NCBI GenBank assembly: GCA_965662465.1
Contig: CBFIIO010000008.1
Coordinates: 30,088-94,087 of the forward strand
Direction of reading: 5' to 3'
DNA length: 64,000 nt
DNA from: Planctomycetota bacterium
GTDB taxonomy: Bacteria > Planctomycetota > UBA1135 > UBA2386
The position numbers were made by a program, and so were the translations under genes. This document shows positions 39,113-48,643 of this stretch, piece after piece. Within the stretch, counting starts at the first letter, position 1. Each line of letters begins with the position of its first letter. The notes under the pieces were generated by a model. The model did no database searches and was not told the DNA's origin. It saw nothing but the letters and a program-made list of their open reading frames with translations.

Positions 39113-40471
39113 TTAGAAGTTCTCGAAGTTGAGGGACTCGCTGAGGCGTGGGTCGCGCAGCGGGATGAGGTTGGAACGACGCACGTTGATCAGCGTTACG
39201 CCAGCCATGATCAGCAGAATGCCGATGTAGCAGCCGTAGTCGGCCCAACTGATAGTATGGAAGTATTCACTGATCTGGGCGCCGAACGAATCGCCAGCGT
39301 GTCCGTCAGCAACTGCTGCCAGCGAGCCACCGTCGCCACCTTCACCTTCGCCGTGGCCATGCATGCCGGACGGCAGGATCAAGAACTGCATGTCGATGCA
39401 GTGAACGAGCAGCATTGCTACAGCGCCAATCGGTAGACCAAGCTTGTGACGTTTGACGTTGCGTGAGAGCAGGAAGACAAACGGGAACAGGAAGTGGCCG
39501 ATGATTAAAACGGTGCCAATTGCACCCCAACCATGCACTGCACGGTGGGCGAACCACCCGGTTTCCTCTGGCAGGTTGGCATACCAAATCAGCATGTATT
39601 GACTGAAGTTCGTATATGTCCAGAAGATCATAAACGAGAACATCAGTTTGCCGAGGTCGTGGTAGTGCTCAGTGTTGATGGCTTCCTTGTAGTAGCCCCG
39701 TGAGTTCAGCCACTTGCTTAGCAGAATCGTGAATGCGAGGAACGACATCAAGCCGCCCGCGAAGTAGGTGATCCCGAAGATTGTTGAGAACCAGTGGGGG
39801 TCAATCGACATGATCCAGTCGAACGCCGCGAAGGTGATCGAGAGGGCGAATAGCAACAAACCAGGTGCTGCTACACGCGATAGTTTCATGCTGATTGCTG
39901 GGTCTCCCGTCTCATCTTGCTTGATCGAGTTACGACGGAAGAACGTTGCCAGACCAATCCAAATTGCAAAGTAGATGGCAACCCGAATGAAGAAGAACGT
40001 TGGGTTGAGGTAGCCTGATTTGCCAGCGATGATTGCATCGTAGCCAGGCGCCCCTTTCTCAAGGTTCCACTTCTCGGCCCAGTGACCGAAGATGCTGTGG
40101 TCGTGGCTGCTGAAGCTGATCGCGATTGGAATGAACAAAAGCAGCATGACCGGCAGCGTGCCGGCGATGTTCTCTGCGAGGCGTCGAACCGAGACACTCC
40201 AGCTAGCACGTGTGATGTGCTGGATCATCGTAAAGAAGAGGGCGCACAGGCAGATGCCAAGCACCCCCATGTAGCCGACTATGTACGAAAGTTGTCCGTG
40301 CCCGTGAGAATCGCTGATCCCAAGGAGGTAGCCAGCGAGTGTCAAAACGGCACCAACTCCGAGAAGGCCCATTTGGGCTTTCGCGAGGTCGCCGTCTTTG
40401 ACCGTCGACGTGATATGCGGCGCAATCTGTTGCAGGCTGCGTGCAGTCGTTGAAGTATCGGTTGCGGTCAT
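39113..40471 (-). CDS. actF: Alternative Complex III subunit ActF (NrfD/PsrC-like membrane subunit)
   Basis: Polytopic membrane protein following actE. Start is ATG 40471, forming a TAATG overlap with the actE stop. The listed ORF's upstream extension lies out of frame over actE. Confidence 0.75.
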   Translation of the reverse strand: MTATDTSTTARSLQQIAPHITSTVKDGDLAKAQMGLLGVGAVLTLAGYLLGISDSHGHGQLSYIVGYMGVLGICLCALFFTMIQHITRASWSVSVRRLAENIAGTLPVMLLLFIPIAISFSSHDHSIFGHWAEKWNLEKGAPGYDAIIAGKSGYLNPTFFFIRVAIYFAIWIGLATFFRRNSIKQDETGDPAISMKLSRVAAPGLLLFALSITFAAFDWIMSIDPHWFSTIFGITYFAGGLMSFLAFTILLSKWLNSRGYYKEAINTEHYHDLGKLMFSFMIFWTYTNFSQYMLIWYANLPEETGWFAHRAVHGWGAIGTVLIIGHFLFPFVFLLSRNVKRHKLGLPIGAVAMLLVHCIDMQFLILPSGMHGHGEGEGGDGGSLAAVADGHAGDSFGAQISEYFHTISWADYGCYIGILLIMAGVTLINVRRSNLIPLRDPRLSESLNFENF

Positions 40472-41133
40472 TACTTGCTCAGTGACTGGAGTGCGCGGAC
40501 ATAGTGAACGATGGCCCAGCGATCTTCGACGCTGATGCGGGCACCGTATCCGGGCATCGTGCCCTTGCCGATTGAGATGGTTTCGAAGTATTCGCCGTCG
40601 GGCATGTTGGGGACGCGGTTGTCGGCGCCATCCTTCGTGCTGAGGTGAAAGTTCGGAACAGCTACAGGCCAACGACGGCCGACTAAGCCGTGCCCTTGCT
40701 TGCCGTTGCCGCCAAGGCCAGACAAGCCATGACAAACTGAGCAGTAGATCTCATAGCGTTGTCGGCCACGATCAATCACAGACATCTCACGTCCACTGAC
40801 CATGAACTTGTGGTCGAGTGACAGTGGGTTCTTAGTGATGAACTGGCCTTGCGCGTCGCGGTTCACGAGCGCTGGATTCTTCAAACTGTCGCGTGCGACC
40901 ACGATCGTATTGCCGAACGAATCAGCTACCGGGCGACGAGCACCACGGTGGTCTACCCAGCCTTCAAAGTCGAGCTCGGATTGAGCCCGGACCTTAGGTT
41001 GGAAGTCCATGTCTAGCACGAGGTGGATCGGTGGCTTTTCCGACGGGAACCCGCGGAACTTGTCGCAGCTTTGCAGCGCGAGCAGGGTTAGTGCTGCGAT
41101 GCATAAGAGGATCTTGTTGGAGGTGGGTGCCAT
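40471..41133 (-). CDS. actE: Alternative Complex III subunit ActE (monoheme cytochrome c lipoprotein)
   Basis: Lipobox LLALQSC, single CSVCHGL heme motif, distal Met region ..GTMPGYG... Start is ATG 41133, one nt after the actD stop. Confidence 0.8.
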   Translation of the reverse strand: MAPTSNKILLCIAALTLLALQSCDKFRGFPSEKPPIHLVLDMDFQPKVRAQSELDFEGWVDHRGARRPVADSFGNTIVVARDSLKNPALVNRDAQGQFITKNPLSLDHKFMVSGREMSVIDRGRQRYEIYCSVCHGLSGLGGNGKQGHGLVGRRWPVAVPNFHLSTKDGADNRVPNMPDGEYFETISIGKGTMPGYGARISVEDRWAIVHYVRALQSLSK

Positions 41134-41134
41134 A

Positions 41135-41671
41135 TCAGTCCTCAATGACCTCGACGTTAGAGCCACCGATGCTTTGCAGGAACTGCAGCGTCTTCTGGCT
41201 ATCGAACTTAGGGTCGGTTGCTTCGATCGACAGGAAGAACCTGTCGTCGGTGACTCGATGAATCGAGCTGTGCGCGAAGATTGGGTGGTTAAGTCGCGGC
41301 AGACGGTTGAGACCGAACATGCCAAATACTGCGCCGAGTCCGGACAGCAGAATCATCAACTCGAACGTGATCGGGATGGTGGATGGCCACGCGTAAGGCT
41401 GCTTGCCAGAGACCCACATTGGGTAGTCAACGGCGTTCATCCAATACATCATGATCTGCGCCAGGCAGATGCCGGTTAGACCGCAGCAAACCACGATCCA
41501 GCCAAGGCCACTTTCGGGCTGCTTGAGAACCTTGTCGATGCCATGCACCGGGAATGGCGTGTGCGCGTCAGTGCGCGTGTAGCCTTCGGCGGTGGTCTTC
41601 TCACAGGCGTGGTAAATCGCTGATGCAGAGTCGAACTCTGCTACGACGCCCCACTTATTGTTGTTAGTCAT
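41135..41671 (-). CDS. actD: Alternative Complex III subunit ActD (DUF3341)
   Basis: 178 aa; N-terminal soluble region ..GVVAEFDSASAIYHACEK..GYTRTDAHTPFPVHG.. followed by two TM helices. Confidence 0.8.
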   Translation of the reverse strand: MTNNNKWGVVAEFDSASAIYHACEKTTAEGYTRTDAHTPFPVHGIDKVLKQPESGLGWIVVCCGLTGICLAQIMMYWMNAVDYPMWVSGKQPYAWPSTIPITFELMILLSGLGAVFGMFGLNRLPRLNHPIFAHSSIHRVTDDRFFLSIEATDPKFDSQKTLQFLQSIGGSNVEVIED

Positions 41672-41683
41672 CAGTGGATCCTC

Positions 41684-43147
41684 TTAGTGAGTCGCCGGCT
41701 TACCGGCTTCGTTGTGGCCATCGTCACTGCTGCCGTGGTCGTCGTGTCCGTAATGCGGGTTGGCTTGAGGCATGACCCCCTTTACCTCACTGATCGCGAG
41801 GATCGGAAGGAAGCGGCAGAACAACAGGAACATCGTAAAGAACAGGCCGAACGAACCGACGTAGGTCAGGATGTCGATCAGCGTTGGGCTGAAGTAGCCC
41901 CAACTCGAAGGCAGGAAGTCACGGTTGAGCGAGGTAACCGTGATCACGAATCGCTCGAACCACATGCCGATATTGACAAAGATCGAGATGATGAACAGCA
42001 CCGTCGGGTTACGTCGCAACTGGCGGAACCAGAAGAACTGCGGGCTGATCACATTGCACGACACCATGATCCAGTAGGCCCATGCGTATGGACCAAAGGC
42101 ACGGTTGATGAATGCGAAGGATTCATATTCGGCACCTGAATACCACGCGATGAAGAACTCCATTGCGTAGGCATAGCCAACCATCGTGCCCGTCAAGAGC
42201 AGGACCTTGGCGATGTTGTCTAGGTGGTTCAGGGTGATCATGCTATGCAACCCGAGCCACTTGCGCGCTGGGATCATTAGCGTCAACACCATGCCAAACC
42301 CGGAGAAGATAGCCCCGGCAACAAAGTACGGTGGGAAGATCGTTGTGTGCCAACCAGGCAGTAGCGAAACCGCAAAGTCGAAGGAAACGATCGAGTGCAC
42401 GGAAAGCACGAGTGGGGTGCTGATCCCTGCAAGGATCAGGTAAGCCTTCTCGTAGTGCAGCCAATGGCGATTGCTGCCATGCCACCCAAACGAGAAGACC
42501 CCGTAAGCACGCGCAGCAATCTTTCGCCCTTGTTGGGCAGCGCGATCGCGGAACGTGGCAAGGTCAGGGATCAGACCAATGAACCAGAACAGTGCCGAGA
42601 TCGTGAAGTAGGTCGATACAGCGAACACGTCCCACAGCAGTGGCGACTTGAAGTTCGGCCACATTGCCATCTGGTTCGGCAGCGGGAAGACCCAGTAGAT
42701 GACCCAGATCCGTCCGACGTGGATGGCCGGGAAGATACCGGCGGCCATGACGGCGAAGATGGTCATCGCTTCCGAGGCTCGGTTGATCGATGTGCGCCAC
42801 TTCTGCCTAAACAGGAAGAGCACAGCACTGATCAGGGTTCCGGCGTGGCCGATACCGATCCAGAAAACGAAGTTGACGATTGGCCAACCCCAGCCGACGG
42901 GGACGTTATTGCCCCATACGCCGATGCCGGTGAAGACCAGATAACCGATCATCGCGCCGAGGTTCGCTAGAAGTGCAATCGCGACTCCGAACATGAGGTA
43001 CCAACCACGCGGCGTCCGGCCTTCTGCCGGTGCTGCGATGATGTTGGTTACCGCGGAGAAGTCGTGACCGCCCTCAACGAGCGGAGCGCGGACGAGTGGA
43101 TTCTCCGGCTCGTCGACGATATTTGGATCGACAGGAATGGCTGTCAT
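41684..43147 (-). CDS. actC: Alternative Complex III subunit ActC (NrfD-like quinol-interacting membrane subunit)
   Basis: 487-aa polytopic protein; ..[23 protein letters not shown].., position after actB. Confidence 0.85.
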   Translation of the reverse strand: MTAIPVDPNIVDEPENPLVRAPLVEGGHDFSAVTNIIAAPAEGRTPRGWYLMFGVAIALLANLGAMIGYLVFTGIGVWGNNVPVGWGWPIVNFVFWIGIGHAGTLISAVLFLFRQKWRTSINRASEAMTIFAVMAAGIFPAIHVGRIWVIYWVFPLPNQMAMWPNFKSPLLWDVFAVSTYFTISALFWFIGLIPDLATFRDRAAQQGRKIAARAYGVFSFGWHGSNRHWLHYEKAYLILAGISTPLVLSVHSIVSFDFAVSLLPGWHTTIFPPYFVAGAIFSGFGMVLTLMIPARKWLGLHSMITLNHLDNIAKVLLLTGTMVGYAYAMEFFIAWYSGAEYESFAFINRAFGPYAWAYWIMVSCNVISPQFFWFRQLRRNPTVLFIISIFVNIGMWFERFVITVTSLNRDFLPSSWGYFSPTLIDILTYVGSFGLFFTMFLLFCRFLPILAISEVKGVMPQANPHYGHDDHGSSDDGHNEAGKPATH

Positions 43148-43152
43148 CTAAA

Positions 43153-46100
43153 TCAGGCCTTGGAGAGTTCGGGGTTCGGGTTGCGCACACGGCCTAGGTA
43201 GGTCGTGCGTGGCTTCGTATTGAGTTCGGAAAGCAGCCCATAGTTAAGGTCGCTGCCACGTAGTTTCGCGACCTTACTGTCGGTCTCGATGATGTTGCCG
43301 AAGGTGATCGCTTCGGTTGGACAAGCTTGCGCACAGGCGGTTGTGACTCGAATCTGGTTCGGGCCATCACCAACCTTGGTGGCGGACAACTTCGCTTCGA
43401 TGCGGCCACCGTTGATGCGTTGCACGCAGTAAGTGCACTTTTCCATCACGCCGCGGCTACGAACGGTGACGTCCGGGTTGAACGCCATTTGCTTCGTGTC
43501 TGGAACGTGACCTATGTAGTCGAGGTAGTTGTAACGACGCACCTTGTAGGGGCAGTTGTTACTGCAGTAGCGAGTGCCAATGCAGCGGTTGTAGACCATG
43601 TCGTTCAGTCCTTCCGGACTGTGCGTGGTCGCCGCTACAGGGCAAACTGATTCGCACGGTGCGTTCTCACATTGCATGCAAGGCACCGGCATACTGGACA
43701 CCTCGGGATCTTCTATCATCTCGAGGTTGTTGGACGACTTCGAGCTGAAGTAACGGTCACAACGGATCCAGAACATCTCGCGGTTGCGTGACACCTGGAT
43801 CTTACCCACCATTGGGATGTTGTTCTCTGCGACACAAGCAGCGACGCACGAACTACAGCCGGTGCAAGCGTTGAGGTCGAAGACCATGCCCCACTGGTAG
43901 GGAGTGCGACGAACTCGCTCGTCTTGACTCTCCTTACCCTTGTCGTAGCCACGCTCTTGCCAAAGCGACTTGTTGAGATCCTTCTCGGTCTTGTTTTGAA
44001 GGCGAGCCGTCATGTCGAGTGGTGACATTTTTGGCGCCCACTGCGGATCCTTTTTGTTGGTTTCCGCATCGGCTTCGCGAACCAAAGCACGTCCAGCCAT
44101 TGTGCCGTGCTCTTGGGTGCAGACGAGCGCGTAGCTGCCCGAACCACGGCCGACCTTAGCGCCCGACAGGATCCATTGGTCGGCGCTTGTGCGCAGCGGA
44201 TAGGCGTCAAAGCCTGAGCCGTGAGCAACCTTGTAGCCGGCATCAGCTTGGTCTTTCCAGCGGCCCCAGCCGAGGAAGATCGAGATGCTGTCGTCGGCAT
44301 GCCCAGGAAGGATCCAAGCCGGGATTTGAATCTCGCCACCGCCGCTCGTTGCGATGGAGAGCATGTCGCCATTCTCAACCTTGAGCTCCCTGGCGCTAGC
44401 CATGCTCAACATCGCGGCGTTATCCCAACTGAGCTTGGTCAGTGGGTCAGGCAACTCTGCCATCCACGAGTTGTTGGCGTAGCGACCATCGCCCATCTTC
44501 GGGCAACCGCGCACGACAACCTCCATTCCAACAGGCTGCTTGTAGGCGGAAACCGCGCTGGCGATCCCCCCAGCATTGACCGTGGTGGTTTCCACTGCCA
44601 GTGCGGTGCCCTCGACGATGCCGTCATGAAGAGCTTTAGGCCACCAAGTCGCCTCGAAGTCCGAAGCACCGATCTTTTGCTGCCAGTGTTCCTTCACCAA
44701 CTCGTAGCCAAAGACCGTGTCACGTGCGAAGGAAAGGTCTTCCCAGCTTGAGCCCGTAGTGGTGTCTTGGTTGAGGAAGGCCAGGAACTCGAGTGAAGAA
44801 ACACCGCTGTGCAGCGGCGCAATCAACGGTTGCTGGAGCGAAACGGTGCCGTTGTAGCTAAGCGCGTCTCCCCATGCTTCGAGGTCGTGCGCCATCGGCA
44901 GGTGCCAATCACACAGGGTGCCTGTCTCGTCGTCGTAGAGACCGACGTGCATTGTGGTGGCTGGCTTGTTGTCTTTCAGCAGCTGGCCGAACTTGAGGTC
45001 GGCTGGTGCGTCTAGGACTGGGTTGGTGCCGAGGAAAACGAGCGTCTCGCAGGTGCCAGCTTGGATCGCTGACGCGAGCTCTTGCAGCTGTTCTGTGCAG
45101 TTGCTCGGGATGCCGGTGGGCACTGCAGTGTGGTTGATCGTCTTGCCGTGATTGCCCAACTTCGCGTTGATGGCGTGGACGATCGCGTGCACTGCCGGTG
45201 ACTGGGTCGGCCCCGCAATGACGATGCTCTTGCCGGCTGCTGACTGCAGGTCCTTAGCAAGAATCTGCAACCACTTCTTGCCGTTCTTCTCGAACGCTGC
45301 TGGATCGTGTGATGCGAGCGCGCCCTCAAGGTCACTGCCACCACCAACACCGAGTGCTTTAGCGAGCGCGAATGCTACCGCCGGGATATCACCACTCTTG
45401 GTGCGGAAGCGGTGATCGGCTGCTGTGCCCGTTGAAGAGAAGATGGACTCTACAGAGTAGAGACGGTTGAGGTTCTTGGCTTCGCGGCGACGTGATGCCC
45501 AAGCGCGCGAGTGCGGCAGACTGTTGCCGTCGCTACCGAGGAAATCACTGTCGAGCGACAACACGACGTCCGCTTTGGCGAAGTCGTAGTTTGTGGAAAC
45601 GGCTTTGCCAAAGGCCATCTGAGCACCTTGCAGCTCGTTGTCACGATGCAGGGCTGTCCAGGAGTGGAACTTAGCTTTCGGGAAACTGCCGTCCTTGATG
45701 CGAGCGATGGTCGCGAGCATTGCCGGCGATGTGCTCGGCGGCATGCAGATGTGCAAGCCAGCGCCTTGCTTGGCGACGAGTTCCGATGCAGCGTCTTCAA
45801 TCCAAACGCCTAGGTCGGCCCAAACGTCGACTTCCTCAACTTCATCAGCCCCGTGATGACCGTGCCCGCCGTGGTCTTCTTCTGCGTGGGCAACTTCATG
45901 GCCATGACGCGGTTGGCGACTGCGGTTGGGATCGTAGAGCTGCAGCAACTCAGCTTGAAGTTGCAAGTCGGAGCCACCGAGGCTGCTCGGGTGAAGCGGG
46001 TTTCCATCGATCTTGGTCGGACGGCCGTCGTTGCTCTTTACAAGAACACCAATGCCGCAACCATTTCGGTTGATGGTCGTAGCGTAATGCTGCGCAATGC

Positions 46101-46422
46101 CTGGCTTGAAACCTTCCGGCCGCTTGGTGAACGGCAAGATCTTGGTCTCTGGCTTGCGGCAGCTGGTCATGCCAGCGAGTGCAACTGAAGCTGCAATAGC
46201 GCCGAGGAAACCACGACGTGAGACGTCGTCAGGAGCCTCGGTGATGCCTTCAGGGAACTCACGAGCAAGCACCTCTTGGAACTCTGCGGAGTTCTCGAGT
46301 TGCCCGACGCTGCGCCAATAAACAGGCTCTCCAGGGGGTGTCTGGTTCATCGTTGTTTGAGGACCGTTGGCAGGCTTGGAAGCCTTGTTTTGGGCCGAAG
46401 CCCCATCTTGAATACCTGTCAT
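43153..46422 (-). CDS. actB: Alternative Complex III subunit ActB (fused molybdopterin-oxidoreductase-like B1 and 4-cluster ferredoxin B2)
   Basis: Tat signal SRRGFLGAIAASVALAG. Cys clusters CTGCSSCVAACVAENN, CMQCENAPCESVCPV, CIGTRYCSNNCPYKVR and CTYCVQR. Start is ATG 46422, forming an ATGA overlap with the actA stop. Confidence 0.9.
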   Translation of the reverse strand: MTGIQDGASAQNKASKPANGPQTTMNQTPPGEPVYWRSVGQLENSAEFQEVLAREFPEGITEAPDDVSRRGFLGAIAASVALAGMTSCRKPETKILPFTKRPEGFKPGIAQHYATTINRNGCGIGVLVKSNDGRPTKIDGNPLHPSSLGGSDLQLQAELLQLYDPNRSRQPRHGHEVAHAEEDHGGHGHHGADEVEEVDVWADLGVWIEDAASELVAKQGAGLHICMPPSTSPAMLATIARIKDGSFPKAKFHSWTALHRDNELQGAQMAFGKAVSTNYDFAKADVVLSLDSDFLGSDGNSLPHSRAWASRRREAKNLNRLYSVESIFSSTGTAADHRFRTKSGDIPAVAFALAKALGVGGGSDLEGALASHDPAAFEKNGKKWLQILAKDLQSAAGKSIVIAGPTQSPAVHAIVHAINAKLGNHGKTINHTAVPTGIPSNCTEQLQELASAIQAGTCETLVFLGTNPVLDAPADLKFGQLLKDNKPATTMHVGLYDDETGTLCDWHLPMAHDLEAWGDALSYNGTVSLQQPLIAPLHSGVSSLEFLAFLNQDTTTGSSWEDLSFARDTVFGYELVKEHWQQKIGASDFEATWWPKALHDGIVEGTALAVETTTVNAGGIASAVSAYKQPVGMEVVVRGCPKMGDGRYANNSWMAELPDPLTKLSWDNAAMLSMASARELKVENGDMLSIATSGGGEIQIPAWILPGHADDSISIFLGWGRWKDQADAGYKVAHGSGFDAYPLRTSADQWILSGAKVGRGSGSYALVCTQEHGTMAGRALVREADAETNKKDPQWAPKMSPLDMTARLQNKTEKDLNKSLWQERGYDKGKESQDERVRRTPYQWGMVFDLNACTGCSSCVAACVAENNIPMVGKIQVSRNREMFWIRCDRYFSSKSSNNLEMIEDPEVSSMPVPCMQCENAPCESVCPVAATTHSPEGLNDMVYNRCIGTRYCSNNCPYKVRRYNYLDYIGHVPDTKQMAFNPDVTVRSRGVMEKCTYCVQRINGGRIEAKLSATKVGDGPNQIRVTTACAQACPTEAITFGNIIETDSKVAKLRGSDLNYGLLSELNTKPRTTYLGRVRNPNPELSKA

Positions 46423-47087
46423 CGGTGGCACGCTGAGCAGTGAACTGGCGGGTTGAGGGCGGGGTCGTCACCGATGAGCAGGTTCTTTGCTGCTGCGATC
46501 GATTCTTCCGTTGGCTCCCAGTCCATTTTGGTAACGGCGACATCCAGCGGGCGGATGTGTTCGCTTGGATTGCGGTGACATTCGAGGCACCAGCCCATGC
46601 TTAGCGGTTCGACCTGACGGACGATCTCCATCTGGTCGACACGGCCGTGACAACTCGCACAACCGACATTAGCCCGCACGTGAACTGCGTGGTTGAAGTA
46701 GGCGAATTGCGGCAGCAAGTGGACCTTGACCCACTCGATAGGCACATTGCCATCACTGCCCTCCGCAAAAGCGTCGCGCAGCGGTTGCAGGCTGATGCTG
46801 TCAGTCTTGACGTTTTTATGGCAGCCGTAGCAGGTGTCCGCATCGGGAATCGATGCGGTCGCGCCTTCTTCGACATTGCGATGACAATACCGACAGTCCA
46901 TACCCAGCGAACCGGCATGCAGCTTGTGGCTGTAAGCGATTGGTTGGTAAGGCTGATAGCCTACGTCCGTGTTTCTCGGTGAGAACCAGAACGAAACTAC
47001 GATGACTACAAACAAGCCAGCAGACCCCGCACCAAGTGCGAGGAAGGCAGGGACTTTGTTAGTCCACTTAGGGAACAATACGGTCAA
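46419..47087 (-). CDS. actA: Alternative Complex III subunit ActA (pentaheme cytochrome c)
   Basis: Five CxxCH motifs (CRYCH, CYGCH, CASCH, CLECH, CSACH) after an N-terminal TM anchor. Probable TTG start at 47087, preceded by GGAGGGG. The listed ORF extends to 47195. Confidence 0.85.
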   Translation of the reverse strand: MTVLFPKWTNKVPAFLALGAGSAGLFVVIVVSFWFSPRNTDVGYQPYQPIAYSHKLHAGSLGMDCRYCHRNVEEGATASIPDADTCYGCHKNVKTDSISLQPLRDAFAEGSDGNVPIEWVKVHLLPQFAYFNHAVHVRANVGCASCHGRVDQMEIVRQVEPLSMGWCLECHRNPSEHIRPLDVAVTKMDWEPTEESIAAAKNLLIGDDPALNPPVHCSACHR

Positions 47088-47381
47088 GGTGTAATCCCCT
47101 CCGCGGTGGGGACAGTATGGCGGTCTTAGGAAACTCGACGCTGATACGCCGAAATAGACTGCGCGTGTTGGGCCAGCCTTGGTCGATTTCCACACAACCT
47201 GAAAAACCGGTTAGTTGTGTAGAAGCCGCCGAGGAGACACGTGCAGTCAGCCCAGAAGGGCAACTCCTTTAAAAGATCCCACGTAACGGGTCAATTTCAG
47301 ACTTTGGAGATTCCCTCTTGATCTGGGCTAACTTGAACAAAATCAGGCGCGTACGCACGATCTAGTGGTTGTCATCGCCCC

Positions 47382-48536
47382 CTAGCGGTTGATGTGGGAT
47401 CTAACAAACTTCGTAATTGCTGAGAGAGTAAGGGTCTGAGCCAAAGGATTTGGGTGAGGATCGGCTGGCGTGACCCATAAGTCTTCAGAATTGGTGTCTC
47501 GCAGCATTGGCAAGACGTCCAAAAGGGGAATATTTGCCTGCTCGAGATCTTCCGCAACCAGATCGTGGAGCCGTTGGAACGGATAGTGGCGGTCTTTCCC
47601 CAGTCCCTGCAAAAACGGCCAAATCACGACCAGAAACGGGATCTCTCGCTGGTCGCACCAGGCTTTGGCTGCTCGCATGCTCGCCTGTGGAACTCCCTGC
47701 GACCACATGGCTTCGAAAGGCTTGTCATGATTATAGAGTCCGGCGGCAGTGCCTTCCTCTTGGCTCATATCTAGCAGCATCTGCACCCAGTCCACCTCGG
47801 GGTCCAGGTGGATTGGGCTAGAACCCATCGCGGCCTTTGCCATATCGACAAGACGGCTGCCAGAACTCTCGACAGGCACGATCAGGCTGAGGCCGTGGCT
47901 TGCCACTAAGTCATTAAGACACAGAGTCATAACGACTGCGTCCGGCTGAAACTTGGCAAACCGAGATTGTAAGCCAGCGACATACTCGTCAACGCAAACC
48001 GTGCCAGCTGCACCGCAGTTCACGGTGCGCACGTTGCCTTGGTCTTTGCGAAGTTCTATCTCCAGTAGCCGAACCCAGCCTTGTTCCGCGGGTATGCCCC
48101 AACCAAAGGTAAAGGAGTCTCCGATGCATACGATGCGTCGCTCACCCGCTGGCTTGTCAGGTCGGATGTCTGGCCGCTCCCTAAGCCCATACTCATTGAT
48201 GCTGTTGAGAACGCGTCCTTTCGAATCGAGCCAGTTGCGATTCAGGACATCGTTATCGGCATAGGTAATGTAGAACGACTCGGCTGGCTTGAACATCGTC
48301 CGGGGGCGCGGCTTTTCGCCTGGTACCGCAACTATAAGCCCCTTTGCAATGGCTTCTTTAGCTCCGCTGATTGGGTTGCCGTTGGTATCGGCGAAGCCAA
48401 TGGCGCCCAGCACTTGCGGCGGTCCCACGAAGAGGCGGAGCGTGATCTCGGCTAATCCTAAAGCCACTGCCGTGGCGATACAGACTGCAAGCAGCAGCAT
48501 CGGTATGGGCGGACGCCTGCGGGTGGGCTTCGTCAT
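47382..48536 (-). CDS. SGNH/GDSL-family hydrolase with an N-terminal membrane anchor
   Basis: Block I ..RIVCIGDSFTFGWG... A C-terminal ..DPHPN.. resembles the DxxH block V. Confidence 0.65.
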   Translation of the reverse strand: MTKPTRRRPPIPMLLLAVCIATAVALGLAEITLRLFVGPPQVLGAIGFADTNGNPISGAKEAIAKGLIVAVPGEKPRPRTMFKPAESFYITYADNDVLNRNWLDSKGRVLNSINEYGLRERPDIRPDKPAGERRIVCIGDSFTFGWGIPAEQGWVRLLEIELRKDQGNVRTVNCGAAGTVCVDEYVAGLQSRFAKFQPDAVVMTLCLNDLVASHGLSLIVPVESSGSRLVDMAKAAMGSSPIHLDPEVDWVQMLLDMSQEEGTAAGLYNHDKPFEAMWSQGVPQASMRAAKAWCDQREIPFLVVIWPFLQGLGKDRHYPFQRLHDLVAEDLEQANIPLLDVLPMLRDTNSEDLWVTPADPHPNPLAQTLTLSAITKFVRSHINR

Positions 48537-48643
48537 GTCTTCCTACAGTAGCCCAGGGACCGATCTTAGGTCAGTTTGCATTTTAATGTGGTTCCATCAT
48601 CAGGATTAGGCAGCATCAGCTGTTCGGACACCTGTTTCACCTT

